Positions 13,201 to 27,241 of a stretch of 44,515 nucleotides of DNA are shown piece after piece. Each line of letters opens with the position of its first letter. The first letter of the stretch is position 1. The stretch comes from Balanoglossus misakiensis (lineage: Eukaryota; Animalia; Hemichordata). The translations under genes and the position numbers were made by a program. The DNA lies in contig JBECUI020000063.1 of NCBI GenBank assembly GCA_040954595.2, positions 1 to 44,515 of the forward strand, given 5' to 3'. A model generated the notes under the pieces. The model was not told the origin of the DNA, did not search any database, and saw nothing but the letters and a program-made list of their open reading frames with translations.

Positions 13201-16200
13201 CTTCCTGAGACTGTTTGTGCCAATGACGGGTAAGACCGCTTATGAAGTGGTGACCTAAGACAGGCCACAGTCAGGCTTCACTTACAAAAAGTGGAAAATA
13301 CAATAGCTACATTGGTAGGCTGAAAGCTTACTTCCTGAGACTGTTTGTGCAAATGACGGGTAAGACCGCTTATGAAGTGGTGACCTAAGACAGGCCACAG
13401 TCAGGCTTCACTTACAAAAAGTGGAAAATACAATAGCTACATTGGTAGGCTGAAAGCTTACGTCCTGAGACTGTTTGTGCCAATGACGGGTAAGACCGCT
13501 TATGAAGTGTTGACCTAAGACAGGCGACAGTCAGGCTTCACTTACAAAAAGTGGAAAATACAATAGCTACATTGGTAGGCAGAAAGCTTACTTCCTGAGA
13601 CTGTTTGTGCCAATGACGGGTAAGACCGCTTATGAAGTGGTGACCTAAGACAGGCGACAGTCAGGCTTCACTTACAAAAAGTGGAAAATACAATAGCTAC
13701 ATTGGTAGGCTGAAAGCATACTTCCTGAGACTGTTTGTGCCAATGACGGGTAAGACCGCTTATGAAGTGTTGACCTAAGACAGGCGACAGTCAGGTTTCA
13801 CTTACAAAAAGTGGAAAATACAATAGCTACATTGGTAGGCTGAAAGCTTACTTCCTGAGACTGTTTGTGCCAATGACGGGTAAGACCGCTTATGAAGTGT
13901 TGACCTAAGACAGGCGACAGTCAGGCTTCACTTACAAAAAGTGGAAAATACAATAGCTACATTCAACTGAGACTGTTTGTGCCAATGACGGGTAAGACCG
14001 CTTATGAAGTGGTGACCTAAGACAGGCGACAGTCAGGCTTCACTTACAAAAAGTGGAAAATATAATAGCTACATTGGTTGGCTGAAAGCTTACTTCCTGA
14101 GTCAGTTTGTGCCAATGACGGGTAAGACCGCTTATGAAGTGGTGACCTAAGACAGGCGACAGTCAGGCTTCACTTACAAAAAGTGGAAAATACAATAGCT
14201 ACATTGGTAGGCTGAAAGCTTACTTCCTGAGACTGTTTGTGCCAATGACGGGTAAGACCGCTTATGAAGTGGTGACCTAAGACAGGCCACAGTCAGGCTT
14301 CACTTACAAAAAGTGGAAAATACAATAGCTACATTGGTAGGCTGAAAGCTTACTTCCTGAGACTGTTTGTGCCAATGACGGGTAAGACCGCTTATGATAC
14401 AATAGCTACATTGGTAGGCTGAAAGCTTACTTCCTGAGACTGTTTGTGCCAATGACGGGTAAGACCGCTTATGAAGTGGTGACCTAAGACAGTCGACAGT
14501 CAGGCTTCACTTACAAAAAGTGGAAAATACAATAGCTACATTGGCAGGCTGAAAGCTTACTTCCTGAGACTGTTTGTGCCAATGACGGGTAAGACCGCTT
14601 ATGAAGTGGTGACCTAAGACATGCGACAGTCAGGCTTCACTTACAAAAAGTTAAAAATATAATAGCTACATTGGTAGGCTGAAAGCTTACTTCCTCAGAC
14701 TGTTTGTGCCAATGACGGGTAAGACCTCTTATGAAGTGGTGACCTAAGACAGGCGACAGTCAGGCTTCACTTACAAAAAGTGGAAAATACAATAGCTACA
14801 TTGGTAGGCTGAAAGCTTACTTCCTGAGACTGTTTGTGCCAATGACGGGTAAGATCGCTTATGAAGTGGTGACCTAAGACAGGCCACAGTCAGGCTTCAC
14901 TTACAAAAAGTGGAAAATACAATAGCTACATTGGTAGGCTGAAAGCTTACTTCCTGAGACTGTTTGTGCAAATGACGGGTAAGACCGCTTATGAAGTGGT
15001 GACCTAAGACAGGCCACAGTCAGGCTTCACTTACAAAAAGTGGAAAATACAATAGCTACATTGGTAGGCTGAAAGCTTACGTCCTGAGACTGTTTGTGCC
15101 AATGACGGGTAAGACCGCTTATGAAGGGGTGACCTAAGACAGGCGACAGTCAGGCTTCACTTACAAAAAGTGGAAAATACAATAGCTACATTGGCAGGCT
15201 GAAAGCTTACTTCCTGAGACTGTTTGTGCCAATGACGGGTAAGACCGCTTATGAAGTGGTGACCTAAGACATGCGACAGTCAGGCTTCACTTACAAAAAG
15301 TTAAAAATATAATAGCTACATTGGTAGGCTGAAAGCTTACTTCCTCAGACTGTTTGTGCCAATGACGGGTAAGACCTCTTATGAAGTGGTGACCTAAGAC
15401 AGGCGACAGTCAGGCTTCACTTACAAAAAGTGGAAAATACAATAGCTACATTGGTAGGCTGAAAGCTTACTTCCTGAGACTGTTTGTGCCAATGACGGGT
15501 AAGATCGCTTATGAAGTGGTGACCTAAGACAGGCCACAGTCAGGCTTCACTTACAAAAAGTGGAAAATACAATAGCTACATTGGTAGGCTGAAAGCTTAC
15601 TTCCTGAGACTGTTTGTGCAAATGACGGGTAAGACCGCTTATGAAGTGGTGACCTAAGACAGGCCACAGTCAGGCTTCACTTACAAAAAGTGGAAAATAC
15701 AATAGCTACATTGGTAGGCTGAAAGCTTACGTCCTGAGACTGTTTGTGCCAATGACGGGTAAGACCGCTTATGAAGGGGTGACCTAAGACAGGCGACAGT
15801 CAGGCTTCACTTACAAAAAGTGGAAAATACAATAGCTACATTGGTAGGCTGAAAGCTTACTTCCTGAGACTGTTTGTGCCAATGACAGGTAAGACCGCTT
15901 ATGAAGTGGTGACCTAAGACAGGCGACAGTCAGGCTTCACTTACAAAAAGTGTAAAATACAATAGCTACATTCAACTGAGACTGTTTGTGCCAATGACGG
16001 GTAAGACCGCTTATGAAGTGGTGACCTAAGACAGGCGACAGTCAGGCTTCACTTACAAAAAGTGGAAAATATAATAGCTACATTGGTTGGCTGAAAGCTT
16101 ACTTCCTGAGTCAGTTTGTGCCAATGACGGGTAAGACCGCTTATGAAGTGGTGACCTAAGACAGGCGACAGTCAGGCTTCACTTACAAAAAGTGGAAAAT

Positions 16201-19200
16201 ACAATAGCTACATTGGTAGGCTGAAAGCTTACTTCCTGAGACTGTTTGTGCCAATGACAGGTAAGACCGCTTATGAAGTGGTGACCTAAGACAGGCGACA
16301 GTCAGGCTTCACTTACAAAAAGTGTAAAATACAATAGCTACATTCAACTGAGACTGTTTGTGCCAATGACGGGTAAGACCGCTTATGAAGTGGTGACCTA
16401 AGACAGGCGACAGTCAGGCTTCACTTACAAAAAGTGGAAAATATAATAGCTACATTGGTTGGCTGAAAGCTTACTTCCTGAGTCAGTTTGTGCCAATGAC
16501 GGGTAAGACCGCTTATGAAGTGGTGACCTAAGACAGGCGACAGTCAGGCTTCACTTACAAAAAGTGGAAAATACAATAGCTACATTGGTAGGCTGAAAGC
16601 TTACTTCCTGAGACTGTTTGTGCCAATGACGGGTAAGACCGCTTATGAAGTGGTGGCCTTAGACAGTCCACAGTCAGGCTTCACTTACAAAAAGTGGAAA
16701 ATACAATAGCTACATTGGTAGGCTGAAAGCTTACTTCCTGAGACTGTTTGTGCCAATGACGGGTAAGACAGCTTATGATACAATAGCTACATTGGTAGGC
16801 TGAAAGCTAACTTCCTGAGACTGTTTGTGCCAATGACGGGTAAGACCGCTTATGAAGTGGTGACCTAAGACAGTCGACAGTCAGGCTTCACTTACAAAAA
16901 GTGGAAAATACAATAGCTACATTGGCAGGCTGAAAGCTTACTTCCTGAGACTGTTTGTGCCAATGACGGGTAAGACCGCTTATGAAGTGGTGACCTAAGA
17001 CATGCGACAGTCAGGCTTCACTTACAAAAAGTTAAAAATATAATAGCTACATTGGTAGGCTGAAAGCTTACTTCCTGAGACTGTTTGTGCCAATGACGGG
17101 TAAGACCTCTTATGAAGTGGTGACCTAAGACAGGCGACAGTCAGGCTTCACTTACAAAAAGTGGAAAATACAATAGCTACATTGGTAGGCTGAAAGCTTA
17201 CTTCCTGAGACTGTTTGTGCCAATGACGGGTAAGACCGCTTATGAAGTGGTGACCTAAGACAGGCCACAGTCAGGCTTCACTTACAAAAAGTGGAAAATA
17301 CAATAGCTACATTGGTAGGCTGAAACCTTACTTCCTGAGACTGTTTGTGCCAATGACGGGTAAGACCGCTTATGAAGTGGTGACCTAAGACAGTCGACAG
17401 TCAGGCTTCACTTACAAAAAGTGGAAAATACAATAGCTACATTGGTAGGCTGAAAGCTTACTACCTGAGACTGTTTGTGCCAATGACGGGTAAGACCGCT
17501 TATGAAGTGGTGACCTAAGACAGGCGACAGTCAGGCTTCACTTACAAAAAGTGGAAAATACAATAGCTACATTGGTAGGCTGAAAGCTTACTTCCTGAGA
17601 CTGTTTGTGCCAATGACGGGTAAGACCGCTTATGAAGTGTTGACCTAAGACAGGCGACAGTCAGGTTTCACTTACAAAAAGTGGAAAATACAATAGCTAC
17701 ATTGGTAGGCTGAAAGCTTACTTCCTGAGACTGTTTGTGCCAATGACGGGTAAGACCGCTTATGAAGTGTTGACCTAAGACAGGCGACAGTCAGGCTTCA
17801 CTTACAAAAAGTGGAAAATACAATAGCTACATTCAACTGAGACTGTTTGTGCCAATGACGGGTAAGACCGCTTATGAAGTGGTGACCTAAGACAGGCGAC
17901 AGTCAGGCTTCACTTACAAAAAGTGGAAAATATAATAGCTACATTGGTTGGCTGAAAGCTTACTTCCTGAGTCAGTTTGTGCCAATGACGGGTAAGACCG
18001 CTTATGAAGTGGTGACCTAAGACAGGCGACAGTCAGGCTTCACTTACAAAAAGTGGAAAATACAATAGCTACATTGGTAGGCTGAAAGCTTACTTCCTGA
18101 GACTGTTTGTGCCAATGACAGGTAAGACCGCTTATGAAGTGGTGACCTAAGACAGGCGACAGTCAGGCTTCACTTACAAAAAGTGGAAAATATAATAGCT
18201 ACATTGGTTGGCTGAAAGCTTACTTCCTGAGTCAGTTTGTGCCAATGACGGGTAAGACCGCTTATGAAGTGGTGACCTAAGACAGGCGACAGTCAGGCTT
18301 CACTTACAAAAAGTGGAAAATACAATAGCTACATTGGTAGGCTGAAAGCTTACTTCCTGAGACTGTTTGTGCCAATGACGGGTAAGACCGCTTATGAAGT
18401 GGTGACCTAAGACAGGCGACAGTCAGGCTTCACTTACAAAAAGTGGAAAATATAATAGCTACATTGGTTGGCTGAAAGCTTACTTCCTGAGTCAGTTTGT
18501 GCCAATGACGGGTAAGACCGCTTATGAAGTGGTGACCTAAGACAGGCGACAGTCAGGCTTCACTTACAAAAAGTGGAAAATACAATAGCTACATTGGTAG
18601 GCTGAAAGCTTACTTCCTGAGACTGTTTGTGCCAATGACAGGTAAGACCGCTTATGAAGTGGTGACCTAAGACAGGCGACAGTCAGGCTTCACTTACAAA
18701 AAGTGTAAAATACAATAGCTACATTCAACTGAGACTGTTTGTGCCAATGACGGGTAAGACCGCTTATGAAGTGGTGACCTAAGACAGGCGACAGTCAGGC
18801 TTCACTTACAAAAAGTGGAAAATATAATAGCTACATTGGTTGGCTGAAAGCTTACTTCCTGAGTCAGTTTGTGCCAATGACGGGTAAGACCGCTTATGAA
18901 GTGGTGACCTAAGACAGGCGACAGTCAGGCTTCACTTACAAAAAGTGGAAAATACAATAGCTACATTGGTAGGCTGAAAGCTTACTTCCTGAGACTGTTT
19001 GTGCCAATGACGGGTAAGACCGCTTATGAAGTGGTGGCCTTAGACAGTCCACAGTCAGGCTTCACTTACAAAAAGTGGAAAATACAATAGCTACATTGGT
19101 AGGCTGAAAGCTTACTTCCTGAGACTGTTTGTGCCAATGACGGGTAAGACAGCTTATGATACAATAGCTACATTGGTAGGCTGAAAGCTAACTTCCTGAG

Positions 19201-22200
19201 ACTGTTTGTGCCAATGACGGGTAAGACCGCTTATGAAGTGGTGACCTAAGACAGTCGACAGTCAGGCTTCACTTACAAAAAGTGGAAAATACAATAGCTA
19301 CATTGGCAGGCTGAAAGCTTACTTCCTGAGACTGTTTGTGCCAATGACGGGTAAGACCGCTTATGAAGTGGTGACCTAAGACATGCGACAGTCAGGCTTC
19401 ACTTACAAAAAGTTAAAAATATAATAGCTACATTGGTAGGCTGAAAGCTTACTTCCTGAGACTGTTTGTGCCAATGACGGGTAAGACCTCTTATGAAGTG
19501 GTGACCTAAGACAGGCGACAGTCAGGCTTCACTTACAAAAAGTGGAAAATACAATAGCTACATTGGTAGGCTGAAAGCTTACTTCCTGAGACTGTTTGTG
19601 CCAATGACGGGTAAGACCGCTTATGAAGTGGTGACCTAAGACAGGCCACAGTCAGGCTTCACTTACAAAAAGTGGAAAATACAATAGCTACATTGGTAGG
19701 CTGAAACCTTACTTCCTGAGACTGTTTGTGCCAATGACGGGTAAGACCGCTTATGAAGTGGTGACCTAAGACAGTCGACAGTCAGGCTTCACTTACAAAA
19801 AGTGGAAAATACAATAGCTACATTGGTAGGCTGAAAGCTTACTACCTGAGACTGTTTGTGCCAATGACGGGTAAGACCGCTTATGAAGTGGTGACCTAAG
19901 ACAGGCGACAGTCAGGCTTCACTTACAAAAAGTGGAAAATACAATAGCTACATTGGTAGGCTGAAAGCTTACTTCCTGAGACTGTTTGTGCCAATGACGG
20001 GTAAGACCGCTTATGAAGTGTTGACCTAAGACAGGCGACAGTCAGGTTTCACTTACAAAAAGTGGAAAATACAATAGCTACATTGGTAGGCTGAAAGCTT
20101 ACTTCCTGAGACTGTTTGTGCCAATGACGGGTAAGACCGCTTATGAAGTGTTGACCTAAGACAGGCGACAGTCAGGCTTCACTTACAAAAAGTGGAAAAT
20201 ACAATAGCTACATTCAACTGAGACTGTTTGTGCCAATGACGGGTAAGACCGCTTATGAAGTGGTGACCTAAGACAGGCGACAGTCAGGCTTCACTTACAA
20301 AAAGTGGAAAATATAATAGCTACATTGGTTGGCTGAAAGCTTACTTCCTGAGTCAGTTTGTGCCAATGACGGGTAAGACCGCTTATGAAGTGGTGACCTA
20401 AGACAGGCGACAGTCAGGCTTCACTTACAAAAAGTGGAAAATACAATAGCTACATTGGTAGGCTGAAAGCTTACTTCCTGAGACTGTTTGTGCCAATGAC
20501 AGGTAAGACCGCTTATGAAGTGGTGACCTAAGACAGGCGACAGTCAGGCTTCACTTACAAAAAGTGTAAAATACAATAGCTACATTCAACTGAGACTGTT
20601 TGTGCCAATGACGGGTAAGACCGCTTATGAAGTGGTGACCTAAGACAGGCGACAGTCAGGCTTCACTTACAAAAAGTGGAAAATATAATAGCTACATTGG
20701 TTGGCTGAAAGCTTACTTCCTGAGTCAGTTTGTGCCAATGACGGGTAAGACCGCTTATGAAGTGGTGACCTAAGACAGGCGACAGTCAGGCTTCACTTAC
20801 AAAAAGTGGAAAATACAATAGCTACATTGGTAGGCTGAAAGCTTACTACCTGAGACTGTTTGTGCCAATGACGGGTAAGACCGCTTATGAAGTGGTGACC
20901 TAAGACAGGCGACAGTCAGGCTTCACTTACAAAAAGTGGAAAATACAATAGCTACATTGGTAGGCTGAAAGCTTACTTCCTGAGACTGTTTGTGCCAATG
21001 ACGGGTAAGACCGCTTATGAAGTGTTGACCTAAGACAGGCGACAGTCAGGTTTCACTTACAAAAAGTGGAAAATACAATAGCTACATTGGTAGGCTGAAA
21101 GCTTACTTCCTGAGACTGTTTGTGCCAATGACGGGTAAGACCGCTTATGAAGTGTTGACCTAAGACAGGCGACAGTCAGGCTTCACTTACAAAAAGTGGA
21201 AAATACAATAGCTACATTCAACTGAGACTGTTTGTGCCAATGACGGGTAAGACCGCTTATGAAGTGGTGACCTAAGACAGGCGACAGTCAGGCTTCACTT
21301 ACAAAAAGTGGAAAATATAATAGCTACATTGGTTGGCTGAAAGCTTACTTCCTGAGTCAGTTTGTGCCAATGACGGGTAAGACCGCTTATGAAGTGGTGA
21401 CCTAAGACAGGCGACAGTCAGGCTTCACTTACAAAAAGTGGAAAATACAATAGCTACATTGGTAGGCTGAAAGCTTACTTCCTGAGACTGTTTGTGCCAA
21501 TGACAGGTAAGACCGCTTATGAAGTGGTGACCTAAGACAGGCGACAGTCAGGCTTCACTTACAAAAAGTGTAAAATACAATAGCTACATTCAACTGAGAC
21601 TGTTTGTGCCAATGACGGGTAAGACCGCTTATGAAGTGGTGACCTAAGACAGGCGACAGTCAGGCTTCACTTACAAAAAGTGGAAAATATAATAGCTACA
21701 TTGGTTGGCTGAAAGCTTACTTCCTGAGTCAGTTTGTGCCAATGACGGGTAAGACCGCTTATGAAGTGGTGACCTAAGACAGGCGACAGTCAGGCTTCAC
21801 TTACAAAAAGTGGAAAATACAATAGCTACATTGGTAGGCTGAAAGCTTACTTCCTGAGACTGTTTGTGCCAATGACGGGTAAGACCGCTTATGAAGTGGT
21901 GGCCTTAGACAGTCCACAGTCAGGCTTCACTTACAAAAAGTGGAAAATACAATAGCTACATTGGTAGGCTGAAAGCTTACTTCCTGAGACTGTTTGTGCC
22001 AATGACGGGTAAGACAGCTTATGATACAATAGCTACATTGGTAGGCTGAAAGCTAACTTCCTGAGACTGTTTGTGCCAATGACGGGTAAGACCGCTTATG
22101 AAGTGGTGACCTAAGACAGTCGACAGTCAGGCTTCACTTACAAAAAGTGGAAAATACAATAGCTACATTGGCAGGCTGAAAGCTTACTTCCTGAGACTGT

Positions 22201-25200
22201 TTGTGCCAATGACGGGTAAGACCGCTTATGAAGTGGTGACCTAAGACATGCGACAGTCAGGCTTCACTTACAAAAAGTTAAAAATATAATAGCTACATTG
22301 GTAGGCTGAAAGCTTACTTCCTGAGACTGTTTGTGCCAATGACGGGTAAGACCTCTTATGAAGTGGTGACCTAAGACAGGCGACAGTCAGGCTTCACTTA
22401 CAAAAAGTGGAAAATACAATAGCTACATTGGTAGGCTGAAAGCTTACTTCCTGAGACTGTTTGTGCCAATGACGGGTAAGACCGCTTATGAAGTGGTGAC
22501 CTAAGACAGGCCACAGTCAGGCTTCACTTACAAAAAGTGGAAAATACAATAGCTACATTGGTAGGCTGAAACCTTACTTCCTGAGACTGTTTGTGCCAAT
22601 GACGGGTAAGACCGCTTATGAAGTGGTGACCTAAGACAGTCGACAGTCAGGCTTCACTTACAAAAAGTGTAAAATACAATAGCTACATTCAACTGAGACT
22701 GTTTGTGCCAATGACGGGTAAGACCGCTTATGAAGTGGTGACCTAAGACAGGCGACAGTCAGGCTTCACTTACAAAAAGTGGAAAATATAATAGCTACAT
22801 TGGTTGGCTGAAAGCTTACTTCCTGAGTCAGTTTGTGCCAATGACGGGTAAGACCGCTTATGAAGTGGTGACCTAAGACAGGCGACAGTCAGGCTTCACT
22901 TACAAAAAGTGGAAAATACAATAGCTACATTGGTAGGCTGAAAGCTTACTACCTGAGACTGTTTGTGCCAATGACGGGTAAGACCGCTTATGAAGTGGTG
23001 ACCTAAGACAGGCGACAGTCAGGCTTCACTTACAAAAAGTGGAAAATACAATAGCTACATTGGTAGGCTGAAAGCTTACTTCCTGAGACTGTTTGTGCCA
23101 ATGACGGGTAAGACCGCTTATGAAGTGTTGACCTAAGACAGGCGACAGTCAGGTTTCACTTACAAAAAGTGGAAAATACAATAGCTACATTGGTAGGCTG
23201 AAAGCTTACTTCCTGAGACTGTTTGTGCCAATGACGGGTAAGACCGCTTATGAAGTGTTGACCTAAGACAGGCGACAGTCAGGCTTCACTTACAAAAAGT
23301 GGAAAATACAATAGCTACATTCAACTGAGACTGTTTGTGCCAATGACGGGTAAGACCGCTTATGAAGTGGTGACCTAAGACAGGCGACAGTCAGGCTTCA
23401 CTTACAAAAAGTGGAAAATATAATAGCTACATTGGTTGGCTGAAAGCTTACTTCCTGAGTCAGTTTGTGCCAATGACGGGTAAGACCGCTTATGAAGTGG
23501 TGACCTAAGACAGGCGACAGTCAGGCTTCACTTACAAAAAGTGGAAAATACAATAGCTACATTGGTAGGCTGAAAGCTTACTTCCTGAGACTGTTTGTGC
23601 CAATGACAGGTAAGACCGCTTATGAAGTGGTGACCTAAGACAGGCGACAGTCAGGCTTCACTTACAAAAAGTGTAAAATACAATAGCTACATTCAACTGA
23701 GACTGTTTGTGCCAATGACGGGTAAGACCGCTTATGAAGTGGTGACCTAAGACAGGCGACAGTCAGGCTTCACTTACAAAAAGTGGAAAATATAATAGCT
23801 ACATTGGTTGGCTGAAAGCTTACTTCCTGAGTCAGTTTGTGCCAATGACGGGTAAGACCGCTTATGAAGTGGTGACCTAAGACAGGCGACAGTCAGGCTT
23901 CACTTACAAAAAGTGGAAAATACAATAGCTACATTGGTAGGCTGAAAGCTTACTTCCTGAGACTGTTTGTGCCAATGACGGGTAAGACCGCTTATGAAGT
24001 GGTGGCCTTAGACAGTCCACAGTCAGGCTTCACTTACAAAAAGTGGAAAATACAATAGCTACATTGGTAGGCTGAAAGCTTACTTCCTGAGACTGTTTGT
24101 GCCAATGACGGGTAAGACAGCTTATGATACAATAGCTACATTGGTAGGCTGAAAGCTAACTTCCTGAGACTGTTTGTGCCAATGACGGGTAAGACCGCTT
24201 ATGAAGTGGTGACCTAAGACAGTCGACAGTCAGGCTTCACTTACAAAAAGTGGAAAATACAATAGCTACATTGGCAGGCTGAAAGCTTACTTCCTGAGAC
24301 TGTTTGTGCCAATGACGGGTAAGACCGCTTATGAAGTGGTGACCTAAGACATGCGACAGTCAGGCTTCACTTACAAAAAGTTAAAAATATAATAGCTACA
24401 TTGGTAGGCTGAAAGCTTACTTCCTGAGACTGTTTGTGCCAATGACGGGTAAGACCTCTTATGAAGTGGTGACCTAAGACAGGCGACAGTCAGGCTTCAC
24501 TTACAAAAAGTGGAAAATACAATAGCTACATTGGTAGGCTGAAAGCTTACTTCCTGAGACTGTTTGTGCCAATGACGGGTAAGACCGCTTATGAAGTGGT
24601 GACCTAAGACAGGCCACAGTCAGGCTTCACTTACAAAAAGTGGAAAATACAATAGCTACATTGGTAGGCTGAAACCTTACTTCCTGAGACTGTTTGTGCC
24701 AATGACGGGTAAGACCGCTTATGAAGTGGTGACCTAAGACAGTCGACAGTCAGGCTTCACTTACAAAAAGTGGAAAATACAATAGCTACATTGGTAGGCT
24801 GAAAGCTTACTACCTGAGACTGTTTGTGCCAATGACGGGTAAGACCGCTTATGAAGTGGTGACCTAAGACAGGCGACAGTCAGGCTTCACTTACAAAAAG
24901 TGGAAAATACAATAGCTACATTGGTAGGCTGAAAGCTTACTTCCTGAGACTGTTTGTGCCAATGACGGGTAAGACCGCTTATGAAGTGTTGACCTAAGAC
25001 AGGCGACAGTCAGGTTTCACTTACAAAAAGTGGAAAATACAATAGCTACATTGGTAGGCTGAAAGCTTACTTCCTGAGACTGTTTGTGCCAATGACGGGT
25101 AAGACCGCTTATGAAGTGTTGACCTAAGACAGGCGACAGTCAGGCTTCACTTACAAAAAGTGGAAAATACAATAGCTACATTCAACTGAGACTGTTTGTG

Positions 25201-27208
25201 CCAATGACGGGTAAGACCGCTTATGAAGTGGTGACCTAAGACAGGCGACAGTCAGGCTTCACTTACAAAAAGTGGAAAATATAATAGCTACATTGGTTGG
25301 CTGAAAGCTTACTTCCTGAGTCAGTTTGTGCCAATGACGGGTAAGACCGCTTATGAAGTGGTGACCTAAGACAGGCGACAGTCAGGCTTCACTTACAAAA
25401 AGTGGAAAATACAATAGCTACATTGGTAGGCTGAAAGCTTACTTCCTGAGACTGTTTGTGCCAATGACGGGTAAGACCGCTTATGAAGTGGTGACCTAAG
25501 ACAGGCGACAGTCAGGCTTCACTTACAAAAAGTGGAAAATACAATAGCTACATTGGTAGGCTGAAAGCTTACTTCCTGAGACTGTTTGTGCCAATGACGG
25601 GTAAGACCTCTTATGAAGTGGTGACCTAAGACAGGCGACAGTCAGGCTTCACTTACAAAAAGTGGAAAATACAATAGCTACATTGGTAGGCTGAAAGCTT
25701 ACTTCCTGAGACTGTTTGTGCCAATGACGGGTAAGACCGCTTATGAAGTGGTGACCTAAGACAGGCCACAGTCAGGCTTCACTTACAAAAAGTGGAAAAT
25801 ACAATAGCTACATTGGTAGGCTGAAAGCTTACTTCCTGAGACTGTTTGTGCCAATGACGGGTAAGACCGCTTATGAAGTGGTGACCTAAGACAGGCCACA
25901 GTCAGGCTTCACTTACAAAAAGTGGAAAATACAATAGCTACATTGGTAGGCTGAAAGCTTACGTCCTGAGACTGTTTGTGCCAATGACGGGTAAGACCGC
26001 TTATGAAGGGGTGACCTAAGACAGGCGACAGTCAGGCTTCACTTACAAAAAGTGGAAAATACAATAGCTACATTGGTAGGCTGAAAGCTTACTTCCTGAG
26101 ACTGTTTGTGCCAATGACAGGTAAGACCGCTTATGAAGTGGTGACCTAAGACAGGCGACAGTCAGGCTTCACTTACAAAAAGTGTAAAATACAATAGCTA
26201 CATTCAACTGAGACTGTTTGTGCCAATGACGGGTAAGACCGCTTATCAAGTGGTGACCTAAGACAGGCGACAGTCAGGCTTCACTTACAAAAAGTGGAAA
26301 ATATAATAGCTACATTGGTTGGCTGAAAGCTTACTTCCTGAGTCAGTTTGTGCCAATGACGGGTAAGACCGCTTATGAAGTGGTGACCTAAGACAGGCGA
26401 CAGTCAGGCTTCACTTACAAAAAGTGGAAAATACAATAGCTACATTGGTAGGCTGAAAGCTTACTTCCTGAGACTGTTTGTGCCAATGACGGGTAAGACC
26501 GCTTATGAAGTGGTGACCTAAGACAGGCCACAGTCAGGCTTCACTTACAAAAAGTGGAAAATACAATAGCTACATTGGTAGGCTGAAAGCTTACTTCCTG
26601 AGACTGTTTGTGCCAATGACGGGTAAGACCGCTTATGATACAATAGCTACATTGGTAGGCTGAAAGCTTACTTCCTGAGACTGTTTGTGCCAATGACGGG
26701 TAAGACCGCTTATGAAGTGGTGACCTAAGACAGTCGACAGTCAGGCTTCACTTACAAAAAGTGGAAAATACAATAGCTACATTGGCAGGCTGAAAGCTTA
26801 CTTCCTGAGACTGTTTGTGCCAATGACGGGTAAGACCGCTTATGAAGTGGTGACCTAAGACATGCGACAGTCAGGCTTCACTTACAAAAAGTTAAAAATA
26901 TAATAGCTACATTGGTAGGCTGAAAGCTTACTTCCTGAGACTGTTTGTGCCAATGACGGGTAAGACCGCTTATGAAGTGGTGACCTAAGACAGGCCACAG
27001 TCAGGCTTCACTTACAAAAAGTGGAAAATACAATAGCTACATTGGTAGGCTGAAAGCTTACTTCCTGAGACTGTTTGTGCCAATGACGGGTAAGACCGCT
27101 TATGAAGTGGTGACCTAAGACAGTCGACAGTCAGGCTTCACTTACAAAAAGTGGAAAATACAATAGCTACATTGGTAGGCTGAAAGCTTACTTCCTGAGA
27201 CTGTTTGT
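7300..27208 (+). repeat. Higher-order repeat domain of the satellite (basic 13-mer of 1619 bp plus 7- to 23-mer variants); left boundary approximate
   Basis: Ordered recurrence of diagnostic monomers: a 112-bp variant (ACATTCAACTGAG, 20 copies counted, 7521-26201) and a 77-bp variant (CTTATGATACAAT, 10 copies, 8460-26639), plus SNP monomers (CAGTCGAC, TTGGCAGG, CATGCGAC, GTTAAAAATAT, TTGGTTGG..GAGTCAG). 8460 to 10079 and 12779 to 14398 are both 1619 bp = 11x130+112+77. Confidence 0.93.
27197..27208 (+). repeat. Target-site duplication, left copy (GAGACTGTTTGT)
   Basis: Satellite sequence ends at ...CCTGAGACTGTTTGT (27208). The identical 12-mer restarts the satellite at 31990. Confidence 0.95.
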
Positions 27209-27233
27209 TAATAATAATATTAATAATAATAAT
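27209..27233 (-). repeat. 3' microsatellite tail (ATT)n of the LINE
   Basis: + strand TAATAATAATATTAATAATAATAAT abuts the left TSD. Simple-repeat tails are typical of RTE/CR1/L2-group LINEs. Confidence 0.92.
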
Positions 27234-27235
27234 GC

Positions 27236-27241
27236 TTTATT
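27236..27241 (-). promoter_or_regulatory. AATAAA polyadenylation-signal-like motif directly before the tail
   Basis: + strand TTTATT at 27236-27241; 2 nt upstream (element sense) of the (ATT)n tail. Confidence 0.7.

Larger units (their letters stand above)
1..27208 (+). repeat. 130-bp tandem satellite array, left arm (roughly 215 monomers, runs off window start)
   Basis: Direct period of 130 bp (e.g. GTGGAAAATA at 1391 and 1521). Monomers usually differ from consensus by only 0-3 substitutions. One HindIII site (AAGCTT) per standard monomer. Copy number is estimated from length. Confidence 0.99.

Noticed and set aside
1-27208. Satellite as a 5S rRNA, tRNA or snRNA gene array, or a coding repeat
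   Set aside because: No recognisable 5S/tRNA/snRNA sequence or Pol III A/B/C boxes; 130 is not a multiple of 3 and the ORF track shows nothing in the array.
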